From a virus (lineage: Duplodnaviria; Caudoviricetes), in the IMG/VR virus record IMGVR_UViG_3300032218_002011, positions 1-38,488 of that record: a stretch of DNA of 38,488 nucleotides; one strand, given 5' to 3'. Positions 19,201 through 28,755 of this stretch are shown here, one piece after another. Position 1 is the stretch's first letter. Each line of letters begins with the position of its first letter. Position numbers and translations under genes: made by a program. The notes beneath the pieces were generated by a model that was not told where the DNA came from, did no database searches, and was given only the letters and a program-made list of their open reading frames with translations.

Positions 19201-22200
19201 TTAGATATTATCAAATGATGCACCTGTTGGTGTAATCAAGAACTCAATATCAATGAATTCTAATGCTTTAGTAGGTTTGATATAAATCTTACCAACTAAT
19301 TGGTTTTTATCTAAGTCTTCAGTCGATGAAGAAACTGTTACACGGAAATCGTATAAACCTCTGTCTCTTCTGATTGCGTCTAAGATAGGATTAACCGCAT
19401 CTAAGAAATCTTGTCTTACCTTATCGTCATTTTGTTCAAACAATAGTCTTACGGCCACCGCTGAAATTAATTTACGAGCTTGTAATAATAATCTTCTTAC
19501 ATTGATTCTATCAAGAGCACTTTCTCTAATTTGTAGAGTTTTGTTACCCCAAATTACTGTACCAACATCTGAGAAGGTTGCAATTGGGTTAATTCTACCT
19601 TGATAAAGAGTATCTCTATCTTCTTGTGTCAGTTTACGTCTTGCTTTAATTGCGTTTACCAAACCTCTTGTGTAACCCGCTGATGCGAACCAAGGGAATG
19701 AAATATTATCAGTTAACGCCAAGTTTCTTGTTACTTCCGCAGTTGAAGGTAAGTAAATTTGAGTGTTATTAACCGTATCTCTTGTTAATACCCAAGGATA
19801 GTAAGTTGCGGTGTAGTTAGAGTCAAGACCAGCTTGTTCTAAGTTATCTACCGCCTCTTGAGGGTAAATCATATCTAAAGAACTACTTGTTGTCGGTACA
19901 AACATATTAAAGTCGGGAGTTGTACATATGTACAATGAATCCGCTCTACTGTTTTCAATCATATCAATTGATTCCTCAACTAAGTTACTGTGGTTTATAT
20001 AATCAATACCTGGAGTTACAAAAACATTAATGTTAACCGCTTCAGGGTTCACAAATGTTCTTTGTCCTAATAGGTATGCGTAATAATCGGTATTAGCCCA
20101 ATCAACTGTATTATCTCCAACAGTGATTCTTCTAAATAATCCATTACCTGTAGCACTTGGGTATCTTGGGTCAGTGTTACAAGCTCCTGCTAAGTAACCT
20201 GAATCACCTAAACGATATCTATCAGCGTTAGTACGGTACTCTCTATAAATGTCCCAACCGTCAAATCCACCTTTAACAAATAAAGAGAATTTTCTAGCGT
20301 ATAATCTATAATAAGGATTTTCAGCGTTATCAGGGTCGTTTCTAAATTGTGCCGAACCAACCGCGAACGCAGTTTTACCTGAAGTTGTTCCGTCAACAAT
20401 TTTAACAACAGTTGCCCCTGAATCCATGTGGAATCCTTTAGTTATGTAATCCCAATCTTGTAGAACAGGGTCACACATAGTTCCAATGTTCTCTTTACCT
20501 GTATATTGGAAGAAATCTAAATCGTATCCAACTGAGTTAGACATACCTAAATAAGTTCTTCTAACATTGTCTCCACCTGATTTATTAGATGCACTTGAAG
20601 ATGGTTCGAAAGGAATATTAAATATTTGTTCTCCCGGGAAATCGTATTTTGTTTTATATATTGGAAATGGTGATGCTGATTCGTCGTAAATTCTAAAATT
20701 ATAACCTTCAAAACCACAAGGTAATGCGTCTACCGGAGCATCTTCATTAATTTCAACCATAACAAACTTAGAGTTTAAAGAATACTCACCATTAGATGAA
20801 CCTATCTTTTTACCCACGAAGTTATTTTGATTAGGGTCCATACTACAATTAGTATATTTCTCTAAAACAACAGGTGCGTCATCTGTATCGTAATAATCAC
20901 GAATAATCACGTCAAATGTTTGATTATTAAATGACATATTTGCAATAGATATTTTTAATTGGTCATTTGCGGTGTTACCATCAGCAATAGAAACAAATTT
21001 AAATAATCTATAAACTTTAGTACCTCTTAATTCGGATACTAACCAAGACGATTCAGGTGATTGATATTTTTCAGCATAATATGCTATTGATGAAATATCT
21101 TCACTAATAGCGTCAGGTAATGACACTAATCCTTGTCTTAATCCTTTAATATAACCTTTTCTCCAAGCCCAGATTAACATACTGTGGAAATCCTCCTCAA
21201 CAAATAACGGAATCTCCGTTCTTGGTTTAGAAAAATTAGAAGACCCAAATACTTTAGATAAGTAAGTAGAATCAGATTGTGATAATGATGTTTTGAAAAC
21301 AAACTTAGTACCATCATCATTTGTAACATCAATTGCAAAAGGTGCAAATGGGTTTTTCAATACCGCAGAATAACTTCCGCTAAAATCTAAAGTAACCGCA
21401 CTTAACTGACTAACTTCATAAGAAGGTCCGTGTTGTGATGCGTTATATTGTGAAATACCTCTCGACCTTAAAGTCGCCACAACTAAATTATTGTAGTTTG
21501 AGTATGAATCACCTGTATATATGTAAATTTTACCCGAAACAGTTCCTGAGAAACAATCAGCTAAAGTAGTTGTTGTTGTAGTTATTGGATTAACTGTTGT
21601 TGTTGTTGAACAAGGGTTAACTGTTGTTGTTGTAGTAATAGGTTGAGTTGTTGTTGTAGTTGTTACAGGTTTTGGTAACATAACCAATTCAGACACTACA
21701 GTCCAAAACGAATAACCTGAGTAACTATTGCCACTATAATTGTTAAACAACGAGTAATACCAAGAGTCATTATCAGATGACGTATAATCAGCACTATCAG
21801 AACTAACATTAGATACCCCCATAACATTTGTTGATGCAGTATAACCTAACCCCTCTAAATCAACGTAATCATATGTTGGTACAGTACCCCAATAATTGAT
21901 TGAAGTTGCACTTAATGAGTTTTGATTGAAGATTGATAGTAATTGTGCTTTAATATCAGTTTCTAATGTTGATATACCTTTATTAAAGGTAGTGTATTGA
22001 GAATTCAATAAAGTTTGAATCTCTTCAGGGAAATCAGTTAAGAAGGTAATACTACCATCTTGATTTGAACATCCTGTGAACATCACATCAATTGAAACCG
22101 AATGTGCAGTACATACTATATCACAAGTATTATCTACATAGTTAGGTACAGATGTACAATCCTCTTTAAATCCAACAGTTGCTTTATTTACGTTAGCGAT

Positions 22201-22536
22201 TGTTTGAATTGACCAAGAAGGACCCGCGTCATATCCTGACAAACCTAATATCCTTGTCATAAACATTTGATTAGATTGTTGTAGATATGATTTTGCAATG
22301 TATGCCGCTTCGTATTTCGGAATTTGTGTGTTTATAAATTTTTCTGGGTTTGTGCCCCCGAAATAAGTTTGGAACTCATCATAGTTTGTTATAAATATAG
22401 GTTCGAAAGCAGGTCCTCTTAAAGACTCTCCTACGATACCTAAAGTCGTAACACCAACACTCTGAGCCACAAAGCTTAAATCTCTTTCAGATGTGTACAC
22501 TCCAGGTGACACAAATACTTTTCCGTTTGTTGCCAT
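19201..22536 (-). CDS. gp18: Contractile tail sheath protein (gp18-like) with large insertions
   Basis: N-terminal FVSPGVYTSERDLS and GPAFEP; C-terminal PWFASAG..RG, LYQGRINPI, WGNKTLQ..SALDRINVRRLL, IKPTKALEFI. Confidence 0.95.
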   Translation of the reverse strand: MATNGKVFVSPGVYTSERDLSFVAQSVGVTTLGIVGESLRGPAFEPIFITNYDEFQTYFGGTNPEKFINTQIPKYEAAYIAKSYLQQSNQMFMTRILGLSGYDAGPSWSIQTIANVNKATVGFKEDCTSVPNYVDNTCDIVCTAHSVSIDVMFTGCSNQDGSITFLTDFPEEIQTLLNSQYTTFNKGISTLETDIKAQLLSIFNQNSLSATSINYWGTVPTYDYVDLEGLGYTASTNVMGVSNVSSDSADYTSSDNDSWYYSLFNNYSGNSYSGYSFWTVVSELVMLPKPVTTTTTTQPITTTTTVNPCSTTTTVNPITTTTTTLADCFSGTVSGKIYIYTGDSYSNYNNLVVATLRSRGISQYNASQHGPSYEVSQLSAVTLDFSGSYSAVLKNPFAPFAIDVTNDDGTKFVFKTSLSQSDSTYLSKVFGSSNFSKPRTEIPLFVEEDFHSMLIWAWRKGYIKGLRQGLVSLPDAISEDISSIAYYAEKYQSPESSWLVSELRGTKVYRLFKFVSIADGNTANDQLKISIANMSFNNQTFDVIIRDYYDTDDAPVVLEKYTNCSMDPNQNNFVGKKIGSSNGEYSLNSKFVMVEINEDAPVDALPCGFEGYNFRIYDESASPFPIYKTKYDFPGEQIFNIPFEPSSSASNKSGGDNVRRTYLGMSNSVGYDLDFFQYTGKENIGTMCDPVLQDWDYITKGFHMDSGATVVKIVDGTTSGKTAFAVGSAQFRNDPDNAENPYYRLYARKFSLFVKGGFDGWDIYREYRTNADRYRLGDSGYLAGACNTDPRYPSATGNGLFRRITVGDNTVDWANTDYYAYLLGQRTFVNPEAVNINVFVTPGIDYINHSNLVEESIDMIENSRADSLYICTTPDFNMFVPTTSSSLDMIYPQEAVDNLEQAGLDSNYTATYYPWVLTRDTVNNTQIYLPSTAEVTRNLALTDNISFPWFASAGYTRGLVNAIKARRKLTQEDRDTLYQGRINPIATFSDVGTVIWGNKTLQIRESALDRINVRRLLLQARKLISAVAVRLLFEQNDDKVRQDFLDAVNPILDAIRRDRGLYDFRVTVSSSTEDLDKNQLVGKIYIKPTKALEFIDIEFLITPTGASFDNI
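21565..21676 (-). repeat. Thr-run (mucin-like) low-complexity insert in the sheath
   Basis: PKPVTTTTTTQPITTTTTVNPCSTTTTVNPITTTTTT, encoded by (ACA/ACT)n runs. Confidence 0.9.
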
Positions 22537-22561
22537 TATTTTTTAATTTCTTTTACAGATT

Positions 22562-22662
22562 TATTTATTCATAAATATTTGTTTTTATTGGAAAAAACTT
22601 TACTTTTCAAAAGTAATTTTTATTGTGGCAGAAAACTTTCTGCCTTTTTTCTACCTATTTAT
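22562..22662. promoter_or_regulatory. Divergent control region between the sheath and RHH genes
   Basis: TATTTAT-TC-ATAAATA (22562-22577), TTACTTTT-C-AAAAGTAA (22600-22616), GGCAGAAA-AC-TTTCTGCC-T6 (22627-22650), TATTTAT (22656-22662). Confidence 0.6.
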
Positions 22663-22665
22663 AGT

Positions 22666-22827
22666 ATGGAAAATCCTAAAAAAATCAAAAACCTTAAAAT
22701 ATCGGTCGAGTCACATGAAATATTAAAGAAATATTGTGATAAGAGAGGTATTAAAATTTACAAATTCCTTGAGAATCTAATCATGGAAAAATGTAAAGAA
22801 AAGAAAGATATATACGGTGAGAATTAA
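22666..22827 (+). CDS. Small ribbon-helix-helix-type DNA-binding protein (53 aa)
   Basis: KNLKISVESHEILKKYCDKRGIKIYKFLENLI fits strand-helix-G-helix. ATG 22666 is preferred over the track's TTG 22579. Confidence 0.68.
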   Translation: MENPKKIKNLKISVESHEILKKYCDKRGIKIYKFLENLIMEKCKEKKDIYGEN

Positions 22828-23864
22828 ACTATGGTCGCCTCAAATGATAATGTAGATGATTGGTCAGTGTATTGTTTAGTTATTTCAAACTTAACAACAT
22901 TACCTCCATTTACTTGTATCTTAGTAACATTACTACCATAATATTCTCCATTAATATAAACATCATAAGTTGATACGTTATTTGACGATAACCAAGATAA
23001 ATCAACGGTTTCATAAAACTTCTTAACAACTAAAGTGTTTTCGTCAGAAAACTCAACAACCACAGGATAGGTTGAGGGATTGTTTTGTTTTTTAAGTCTT
23101 CTACCATTAGGTTCTCCATTTGTAACCTCAAATAGTTGTACGACTCTTTCAACACCAGGTTTAACCTCAAATTCATCCTCATCAATTAGGAACCCTAACA
23201 TCGTAAAGTCATAACTTTGAATATAATATTTTCTTTTTTCAACATCCATAACGGATTCATCAGATACATTGTCCATAATGATGGGTATATAATGTCCCTT
23301 AATTTGAGTGTATGATTGTCTTGAAGAAAACTTTTGTAATATTGTTTTATTAAGAGCGTTTAACTCTCTCATTCTGTTACAGATAATTTTAACAGAATAT
23401 TTTATATCTACAGGCACTGGTTGTGGTATCTTATAAACATCCACATTTACCCTATCACCATCAAAACTTGGGACTGACGCATAATAAAATTGTCGTCTAT
23501 TGGGAATTGTATATAATAACGCAGGATTTGTTCCGTATTTTATTTCAGGTGCCCTAACCACTGTGATAAATGGTGGGGAAACATTTTTATCCAAATCTTG
23601 GAAGTTCCATGTTTGAGTAAATTGTGACCAATTTTGAGTTGTAATTAAAATATCCGTAGTTGGTATTACTTTACCGTCAGAAACAATACGTAAGTCTTCT
23701 TTAACAAAATCTAAAAACCCTCTATCCAAATCGGCATGAAGAATCGATTTAGGTAAAAATGTACCATGTTCGTTAATCTTATCTAACAACTCAACTCTTC
23801 TTGGATAAAGAGTACGATAAGGTGTTAAATCAATATTCTTTTTTATTTGTTTTGGAAACCCCAT
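22824..23864 (-). CDS. Tail terminator/sheath stabiliser (gp15-like) with a C-terminal beta domain
   Basis: KIPQPVPVDIKYSVKI motif resembles gp15; it lies between the gp14-like and sheath genes. Confidence 0.55.
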   Translation of the reverse strand: MGFPKQIKKNIDLTPYRTLYPRRVELLDKINEHGTFLPKSILHADLDRGFLDFVKEDLRIVSDGKVIPTTDILITTQNWSQFTQTWNFQDLDKNVSPPFITVVRAPEIKYGTNPALLYTIPNRRQFYYASVPSFDGDRVNVDVYKIPQPVPVDIKYSVKIICNRMRELNALNKTILQKFSSRQSYTQIKGHYIPIIMDNVSDESVMDVEKRKYYIQSYDFTMLGFLIDEDEFEVKPGVERVVQLFEVTNGEPNGRRLKKQNNPSTYPVVVEFSDENTLVVKKFYETVDLSWLSSNNVSTYDVYINGEYYGSNVTKIQVNGGNVVKFEITKQYTDQSSTLSFEATIV

Positions 23865-23865
23865 C

Positions 23866-24414
23866 TTAATATTTTACAATTTCGCTAATAACGAATAATT
23901 TATTTTTTTGGTTAATCATATCAACCTCTTTGGCTTTATATACAGGTTCTTTAGTTGACTTATAAACAAAACTATCATACTTGTATGGGTCGTAAGTAAC
24001 TATATTATCGTTACTTTCTTCAGGCATATTTTCACAAGGATATTTACAATAATCAACTAATGTTCCAATAACAAACGCGTGAACGTTCTTTCTTTTTTCT
24101 CCTCTAACTTTTTCCTTACCCCCCTGTCTAACTCTAAACTCAACATCTTTTAACTTAACATAGTCGGCGTGCATTATAACAAGTGAATTGTAAGTGACTG
24201 AAAAAGTATGTTTATGTAAATTATAATAAACCATGACTCTTTTACCTTTAAAATCTTCTTCAGAATTGTCGTGACCACATTTATGACAAATATATGGGTC
24301 ATTACCTCCATCGGACAAATCCCAAGACCATTCACACTTGTCACAAATTATTTCTTTATTTGTTACAGTTTCAATTATTCTTTTATATTGGTTTTCCGTT
24401 ATAAATATTTTCAT
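23866..24414 (-). CDS. Hypothetical protein: MKIFITE leader, zinc ribbon and basic C-terminal domain
   Basis: CDKC...CHKC; VYYNLHK..FSV, KRKNVHAFV.G and VTYDPYK motifs. Confidence 0.7.
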   Translation of the reverse strand: MKIFITENQYKRIIETVTNKEIICDKCEWSWDLSDGGNDPYICHKCGHDNSEEDFKGKRVMVYYNLHKHTFSVTYNSLVIMHADYVKLKDVEFRVRQGGKEKVRGEKRKNVHAFVIGTLVDYCKYPCENMPEESNDNIVTYDPYKYDSFVYKSTKEPVYKAKEVDMINQKNKLFVISEIVKY

Positions 24415-24707
24415 TAGTTCTTTCTAGAGTATTTGAACCCTATTTTTATTTTATCGTTATACACTGAGGATATTATCCTTAAAAAATCTATTTTTTTATA
24501 ATCAATATTAGGGTGTCTACGTTTAAACATATCGCTAAGTCTTTGGGTTACCCAATTTTCATATACCCCAAAATTGTCCGGTTTATTACCAGGACCGCCA
24601 CTTCTAATATCATTATTCAAATGATGAATAACATAATCAACAAGGTCACTTATTTCGTGTACTCTTCGTAATACTTCTATTTGTGATTCTGTAATTAATA
24701 TTTTCAT
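24414..24707 (-). CDS. Hypothetical protein with MKILITESQ leader (97 aa)
   Basis: TAATG stop/start overlaps with both neighbours. Confidence 0.7.
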   Translation of the reverse strand: MKILITESQIEVLRRVHEISDLVDYVIHHLNNDIRSGGPGNKPDNFGVYENWVTQRLSDMFKRRHPNIDYKKIDFLRIISSVYNDKIKIGFKYSRKN

Positions 24708-25222
24708 TATAACCCTCTAAATTCGTCTGCACTTACAGGTGATGCCATAATTGTTCTATAAAATGGTTTATAACCCGCATACGTGTGTTTATTATCAGAA
24801 ACAACTCTACCGTCATTATTAACTACATAGTATCTAACTCTTGTTTCTGTTTCGTAATAACCTATATAATCTCCATAAGAAATATCAATACCTAATTCCT
24901 CAAGTTGTGCTTGATATACTGATATACGAATATTACCAGGCTCAAACTGTTCAATCTTAGAGTTACCCATAATTTTATTTTCGGGAGCCATTACTTGTAC
25001 AAACGCTTTAAACTCTACAGGTACTTGGAATTTGATTCCGTCTGATACAGTTTCACCATAAACATCGTCCGTTTTAGTCTTATATCTATCAACACGATAT
25101 AATACTAAAGTAAAGTTCATGTCACCTTCTAACCATTCTCTACCCATCTCAACTTCCAATGAGTAATCCTCAGCTCCGAAGAACTTTCCTAATCTCGTAA
25201 TTGGTACTTTATTTTGACTCAT
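24707..25222 (-). CDS. Neck/head-closure protein (gp14-like)
   Basis: LYRVD..KT..DDVYGE....F..PVE...GDYI pattern; neck-gene context. Confidence 0.6.
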   Translation of the reverse strand: MSQNKVPITRLGKFFGAEDYSLEVEMGREWLEGDMNFTLVLYRVDRYKTKTDDVYGETVSDGIKFQVPVEFKAFVQVMAPENKIMGNSKIEQFEPGNIRISVYQAQLEELGIDISYGDYIGYYETETRVRYYVVNNDGRVVSDNKHTYAGYKPFYRTIMASPVSADEFRGL

Positions 25223-25223
25223 A

Positions 25224-25252
25224 TTGATAAATATCTAAAAGTTTATTATCAT
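25224..25252 (+). promoter_or_regulatory. Sigma70-type promoter for the helicase, overlapping the opposite-strand TATTTAT motif (25227-25233)
   Basis: TTGATA-N17-TATCAT. Confidence 0.55.
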
Positions 25253-25270
25253 TACATAAATAACTGCGAT

Positions 25271-27040
25271 TTGGAAATTAATACATCAGACAGTAAACCA
25301 TTAATAGAACAAAAAGCCCTTGAGATTCTCGAGACATATTCAGGTGCCAACAACTATTTGATGAGGTTAAAAAGACAACAAGAATTAAATAAAAAGTTTT
25401 ACCCTACTAGGGCCCAATCTGAATATATTATTAATTTTAGTGACGTAATACCTAAAGTTGCTAAAAAATGGGTTGACTTAGACCCCTACTTTGCTCAAAA
25501 AATTGCTGACGAAAAATTATACACTAAAGTACCTGAACAGGTATGGATTGAGAAACTATTGGTGGAAAAAGAAAAATCTTATCATATTTGGGGTAAAGTT
25601 TTTGAAAATGAAGAATTACATGAATTTTGGTTGCCAAAAGGTGCGGTAATTAAAACTCATAACGTTGAGAAGGTTGATATTGATTATTCAAAGTATAGTC
25701 ATAGACCTCCACTAACCCATCAAAAAGAAGCAATAGAAAAATTAGTTGGTTGTAAAAGATTCATTTTAGCGGATGATATGGGGTTAGGTAAAACCACCTC
25801 AACAATTATTGCCGCCTTAGAGACGGGGGCTAAAAAAATACTAATAATTTCTCCCGCGTCATTAAAAATAAACTGGATGAGAGAAATCCAAAATTATACA
25901 GATAGAAGTGTTTATATCTGTGAAGGTAAAAATTTCTCAACAGAACACGATTTTGTAATTATCAACTACGATATAATTAAAAATTTTTACGATATTAAAG
26001 ACAAAGAGAATAGTCCAATATATCAAACTAATTTTGATTTAATTGTTATCGATGAGGCTCATTATCTACAAAACGCTCAAGCTCAAAGAACCAAATTAGT
26101 TAATAGTTTTTCAAAAAGGGCGAATAGATTGTGGTTATTGACAGGTACTCCGATGACTTCTCGACCTATAAATTATTTTAATTTACTTAATCTAATTGAA
26201 TCTCCTGTAGCCCAAAATTGGATGGCGTATGCTATTAGATATTGTGAAGGATATCAATTTAAAGCCGGCCCAAGAAAAGTATGGAATGTAAAAGGGGCAT
26301 CAAATTTGGAAGAATTAAGAGATAGAACATCGAGACAAGTATTAAGAAGATTAAAGGAAGATGTTTTAGATTTGCCTGACAAAATTATAACACCAGTATA
26401 CTTGAGATTGAAATCAAAGTTATATGAAGAATTAATGGGGGAATATTTTGATTGGTATAGAACCAACTCAGAAGAGTCTTCGTCATTAACATTACAATTT
26501 TCAAAACTAACAAAAGTTAGACAAATTATTGCCGAAGAAAAAATATCAAGTACAATTGAATTGTGTGAGAATATTATAGAACAAGGTAAAAAAGTAATTG
26601 TTTTTACAAACTTTACAAAATCACTTCAAAAAATAGTAGAACATTTTGGAAAACAATGTGTTTTTCTTGACGGAAGTTGTTCCCAACCACAAAGACAATT
26701 TGCGGTTGACCAATTTCAAAATAATGATAAAATAAATATATTTGTAGGTAATATCAAAGCCGCAGGGGTTGGGATTACATTAACCTCGGCAGAAGCGGTT
26801 ATAATGAATGACCTGTCGTTTTTACCGTCAGACCATAGTCAGGCGGAGGACAGAGCTTACAGATACGGTCAAAATTCAAATGTGTCAGTATATTACCCAA
26901 TATTTGAAAATACCATCGAAGGAGTTATTTATGATATCTTATCAAAGAAAAAATCAGTCATTGAAACCGTTATGGGAGACAACATTGATAAGGCGGATTT
27001 TGTTGCGGAAGTTTTGAATTCTATAAACAATAGTAGATAA
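25271..27040 (+). CDS. SNF2-family (HARP/SMARCAL1-like) helicase
   Basis: LADDMGLGKT, DEAH, LLTGTP, VLRRLKEDVL, AAGVGITLT, QAEDRAYRYGQ. The track start 25214 overlaps the divergent gene and lies upstream of the promoter, so in-frame TTG 25271 is preferred. Confidence 0.92.
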   Translation: MEINTSDSKPLIEQKALEILETYSGANNYLMRLKRQQELNKKFYPTRAQSEYIINFSDVIPKVAKKWVDLDPYFAQKIADEKLYTKVPEQVWIEKLLVEKEKSYHIWGKVFENEELHEFWLPKGAVIKTHNVEKVDIDYSKYSHRPPLTHQKEAIEKLVGCKRFILADDMGLGKTTSTIIAALETGAKKILIISPASLKINWMREIQNYTDRSVYICEGKNFSTEHDFVIINYDIIKNFYDIKDKENSPIYQTNFDLIVIDEAHYLQNAQAQRTKLVNSFSKRANRLWLLTGTPMTSRPINYFNLLNLIESPVAQNWMAYAIRYCEGYQFKAGPRKVWNVKGASNLEELRDRTSRQVLRRLKEDVLDLPDKIITPVYLRLKSKLYEELMGEYFDWYRTNSEESSSLTLQFSKLTKVRQIIAEEKISSTIELCENIIEQGKKVIVFTNFTKSLQKIVEHFGKQCVFLDGSCSQPQRQFAVDQFQNNDKINIFVGNIKAAGVGITLTSAEAVIMNDLSFLPSDHSQAEDRAYRYGQNSNVSVYYPIFENTIEGVIYDILSKKKSVIETVMGDNIDKADFVAEVLNSINNSR

Positions 27041-27062
27041 ATCGGAATATCCGATTATTTAT
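27040..27062 (+). terminator. Short hairpin after the helicase, abutting a TATTTAT motif
   Basis: AATCGGA-ATA-TCCGATT followed by ATTTATT. Confidence 0.4.
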
Positions 27063-27087
27063 TAGATAAACAAAATAAGCCTAAGAT

Positions 27088-28755
27088 ATGAAAAATCTAG
27101 TAAATAAAATAGAATCATTAGAAGGGGAAGTTAAGAAAGTCGAAAAAGATTTTGCAAAAAAATTCTTCATAAATGAAATGAAAAAAATAGGAATAGAAAA
27201 ATTACCATATTCCTACGGTTCCCTTAAAAGATTTATTGACCCCGAAACAATGGACGTTCATTATAATAAACATTATAAAACGTATGTCGAGAAATTAAAT
27301 TTAGCGTTAGACAAAAAAAAGTTTGGTGATTTAGATTTAGAACAGATAGTAAAAACTATAAGTCGTTTTAATAAAGATGTTAGAAATAATGCTGGTGGTG
27401 CTTACAACCACGCGTTATTTTGGAAAATGTTATCCCCAACACCACAAAAACCAAAAGGTTTAGTTTTAAAACGAATTGAAAAAGATTTTGGAACTATTGG
27501 AGGTCTTAAGAAAAAATTTGATGCAATAGCTAAAGATAGATTTGGTTCAGGATGGGTTTGGTTAGTTGTAACCAAAAACAATACACTAAAAATTGTATCT
27601 ACACCAAATCAAGATAATCCATTAATGAATGATATTAAAGATGGGGGATACCCAATCTTAGGATTAGATTTATGGGAACACGCTTACTATTTGAAATATA
27701 AAAATAAAAAAGAAGATTATATTAAAAACTTTTGGGATGTTGTTAATTGGAATTTTGTCGAGAAATTATACAAAATGAAAGTTGAAACAAGAATTGACGA
27801 ATCTATTGTAATGGAACAACTTATGAACTCATCATCAAACGATATTTTAAGTGAGCAAGAAGCAAAATCTCAAAGTTGTTCTCATGGGGAAGAAATTAAA
27901 TTTAAACAATTATTGTTCCCATCTACCGACTTAAAGAATAAATCCCCATTATATAATAAATTTAAATACGAATATGTTCAAGGATGGATGAACGTACTTA
28001 AAAATGCTTATCCTGAGAATTGGAAAGAAAAAAACTCTATTTTTGTTGGTCATGAAGCGGGTTTATATAACAAACAAAACGTTAGGTCGTTATTAATGAA
28101 CTTAACCTCATCTTACTCGGCATTTTGTATTATTCATAAAGATGTTAATCAATACTTAAGTCAAAATGGTCAGACTCAAATTGAATATGGTAATGACCCG
28201 GGTAGAAATCTTTCGGAATTACGTAGATTCTTTTCAGTGTTAGATGGAATACGTTCAATAATTTTCAATAGACAACAACAATCAAATACTTTAAAACAGA
28301 TTGGGGGAATACTCAAAAAAACCGATTGTTTAGGTAAACGAAATGAAGATGCCGCAATGAAGATTATAAATCAACATTTAGGTGATGGAGCGTGTGTTAT
28401 TCAAGCCGGTGCCGGTAGTTCTTCAGATATGTTGTCAGGGATTGATGCGACTGTTGATTATGAGGGCCAATCTCTAAAGGCTCAAATTAAACCATATCAA
28501 AATATTTTAATTACTGACTCACACATATCAATACAAGGTTCTTCAAGTACTAAGGAATATAATAATCTTGATATTATGATATTTGTTAATGTTAAATCAA
28601 AAACTGTTAAAATTTTTAAAACTAAAGGTATTAGAATTGATAAGGGTAATTTTGTAATCCCAAGAGAAAACGAAATAATGAGTATTGTGGGTAAGGGTGA
28701 TTTAGAACTAATTGATTGTAACAAATATTTATCTGAAAACATAATATGGGAATAA
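27088..28755 (+). CDS. sod: Fe/Mn superoxide dismutase (Mn-type signature) fused to a C-terminal, possibly nuclease-fold domain
   Basis: LPYSY..L..FID.ETM..HYNKH, NNAGGAYNHALFW, FGSGWVWL, STPNQDNP, DLWEHAYYLKY; about 320 extra C-terminal residues. Confidence 0.92.
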   Translation: MKNLVNKIESLEGEVKKVEKDFAKKFFINEMKKIGIEKLPYSYGSLKRFIDPETMDVHYNKHYKTYVEKLNLALDKKKFGDLDLEQIVKTISRFNKDVRNNAGGAYNHALFWKMLSPTPQKPKGLVLKRIEKDFGTIGGLKKKFDAIAKDRFGSGWVWLVVTKNNTLKIVSTPNQDNPLMNDIKDGGYPILGLDLWEHAYYLKYKNKKEDYIKNFWDVVNWNFVEKLYKMKVETRIDESIVMEQLMNSSSNDILSEQEAKSQSCSHGEEIKFKQLLFPSTDLKNKSPLYNKFKYEYVQGWMNVLKNAYPENWKEKNSIFVGHEAGLYNKQNVRSLLMNLTSSYSAFCIIHKDVNQYLSQNGQTQIEYGNDPGRNLSELRRFFSVLDGIRSIIFNRQQQSNTLKQIGGILKKTDCLGKRNEDAAMKIINQHLGDGACVIQAGAGSSSDMLSGIDATVDYEGQSLKAQIKPYQNILITDSHISIQGSSSTKEYNNLDIMIFVNVKSKTVKIFKTKGIRIDKGNFVIPRENEIMSIVGKGDLELIDCNKYLSENIIWE

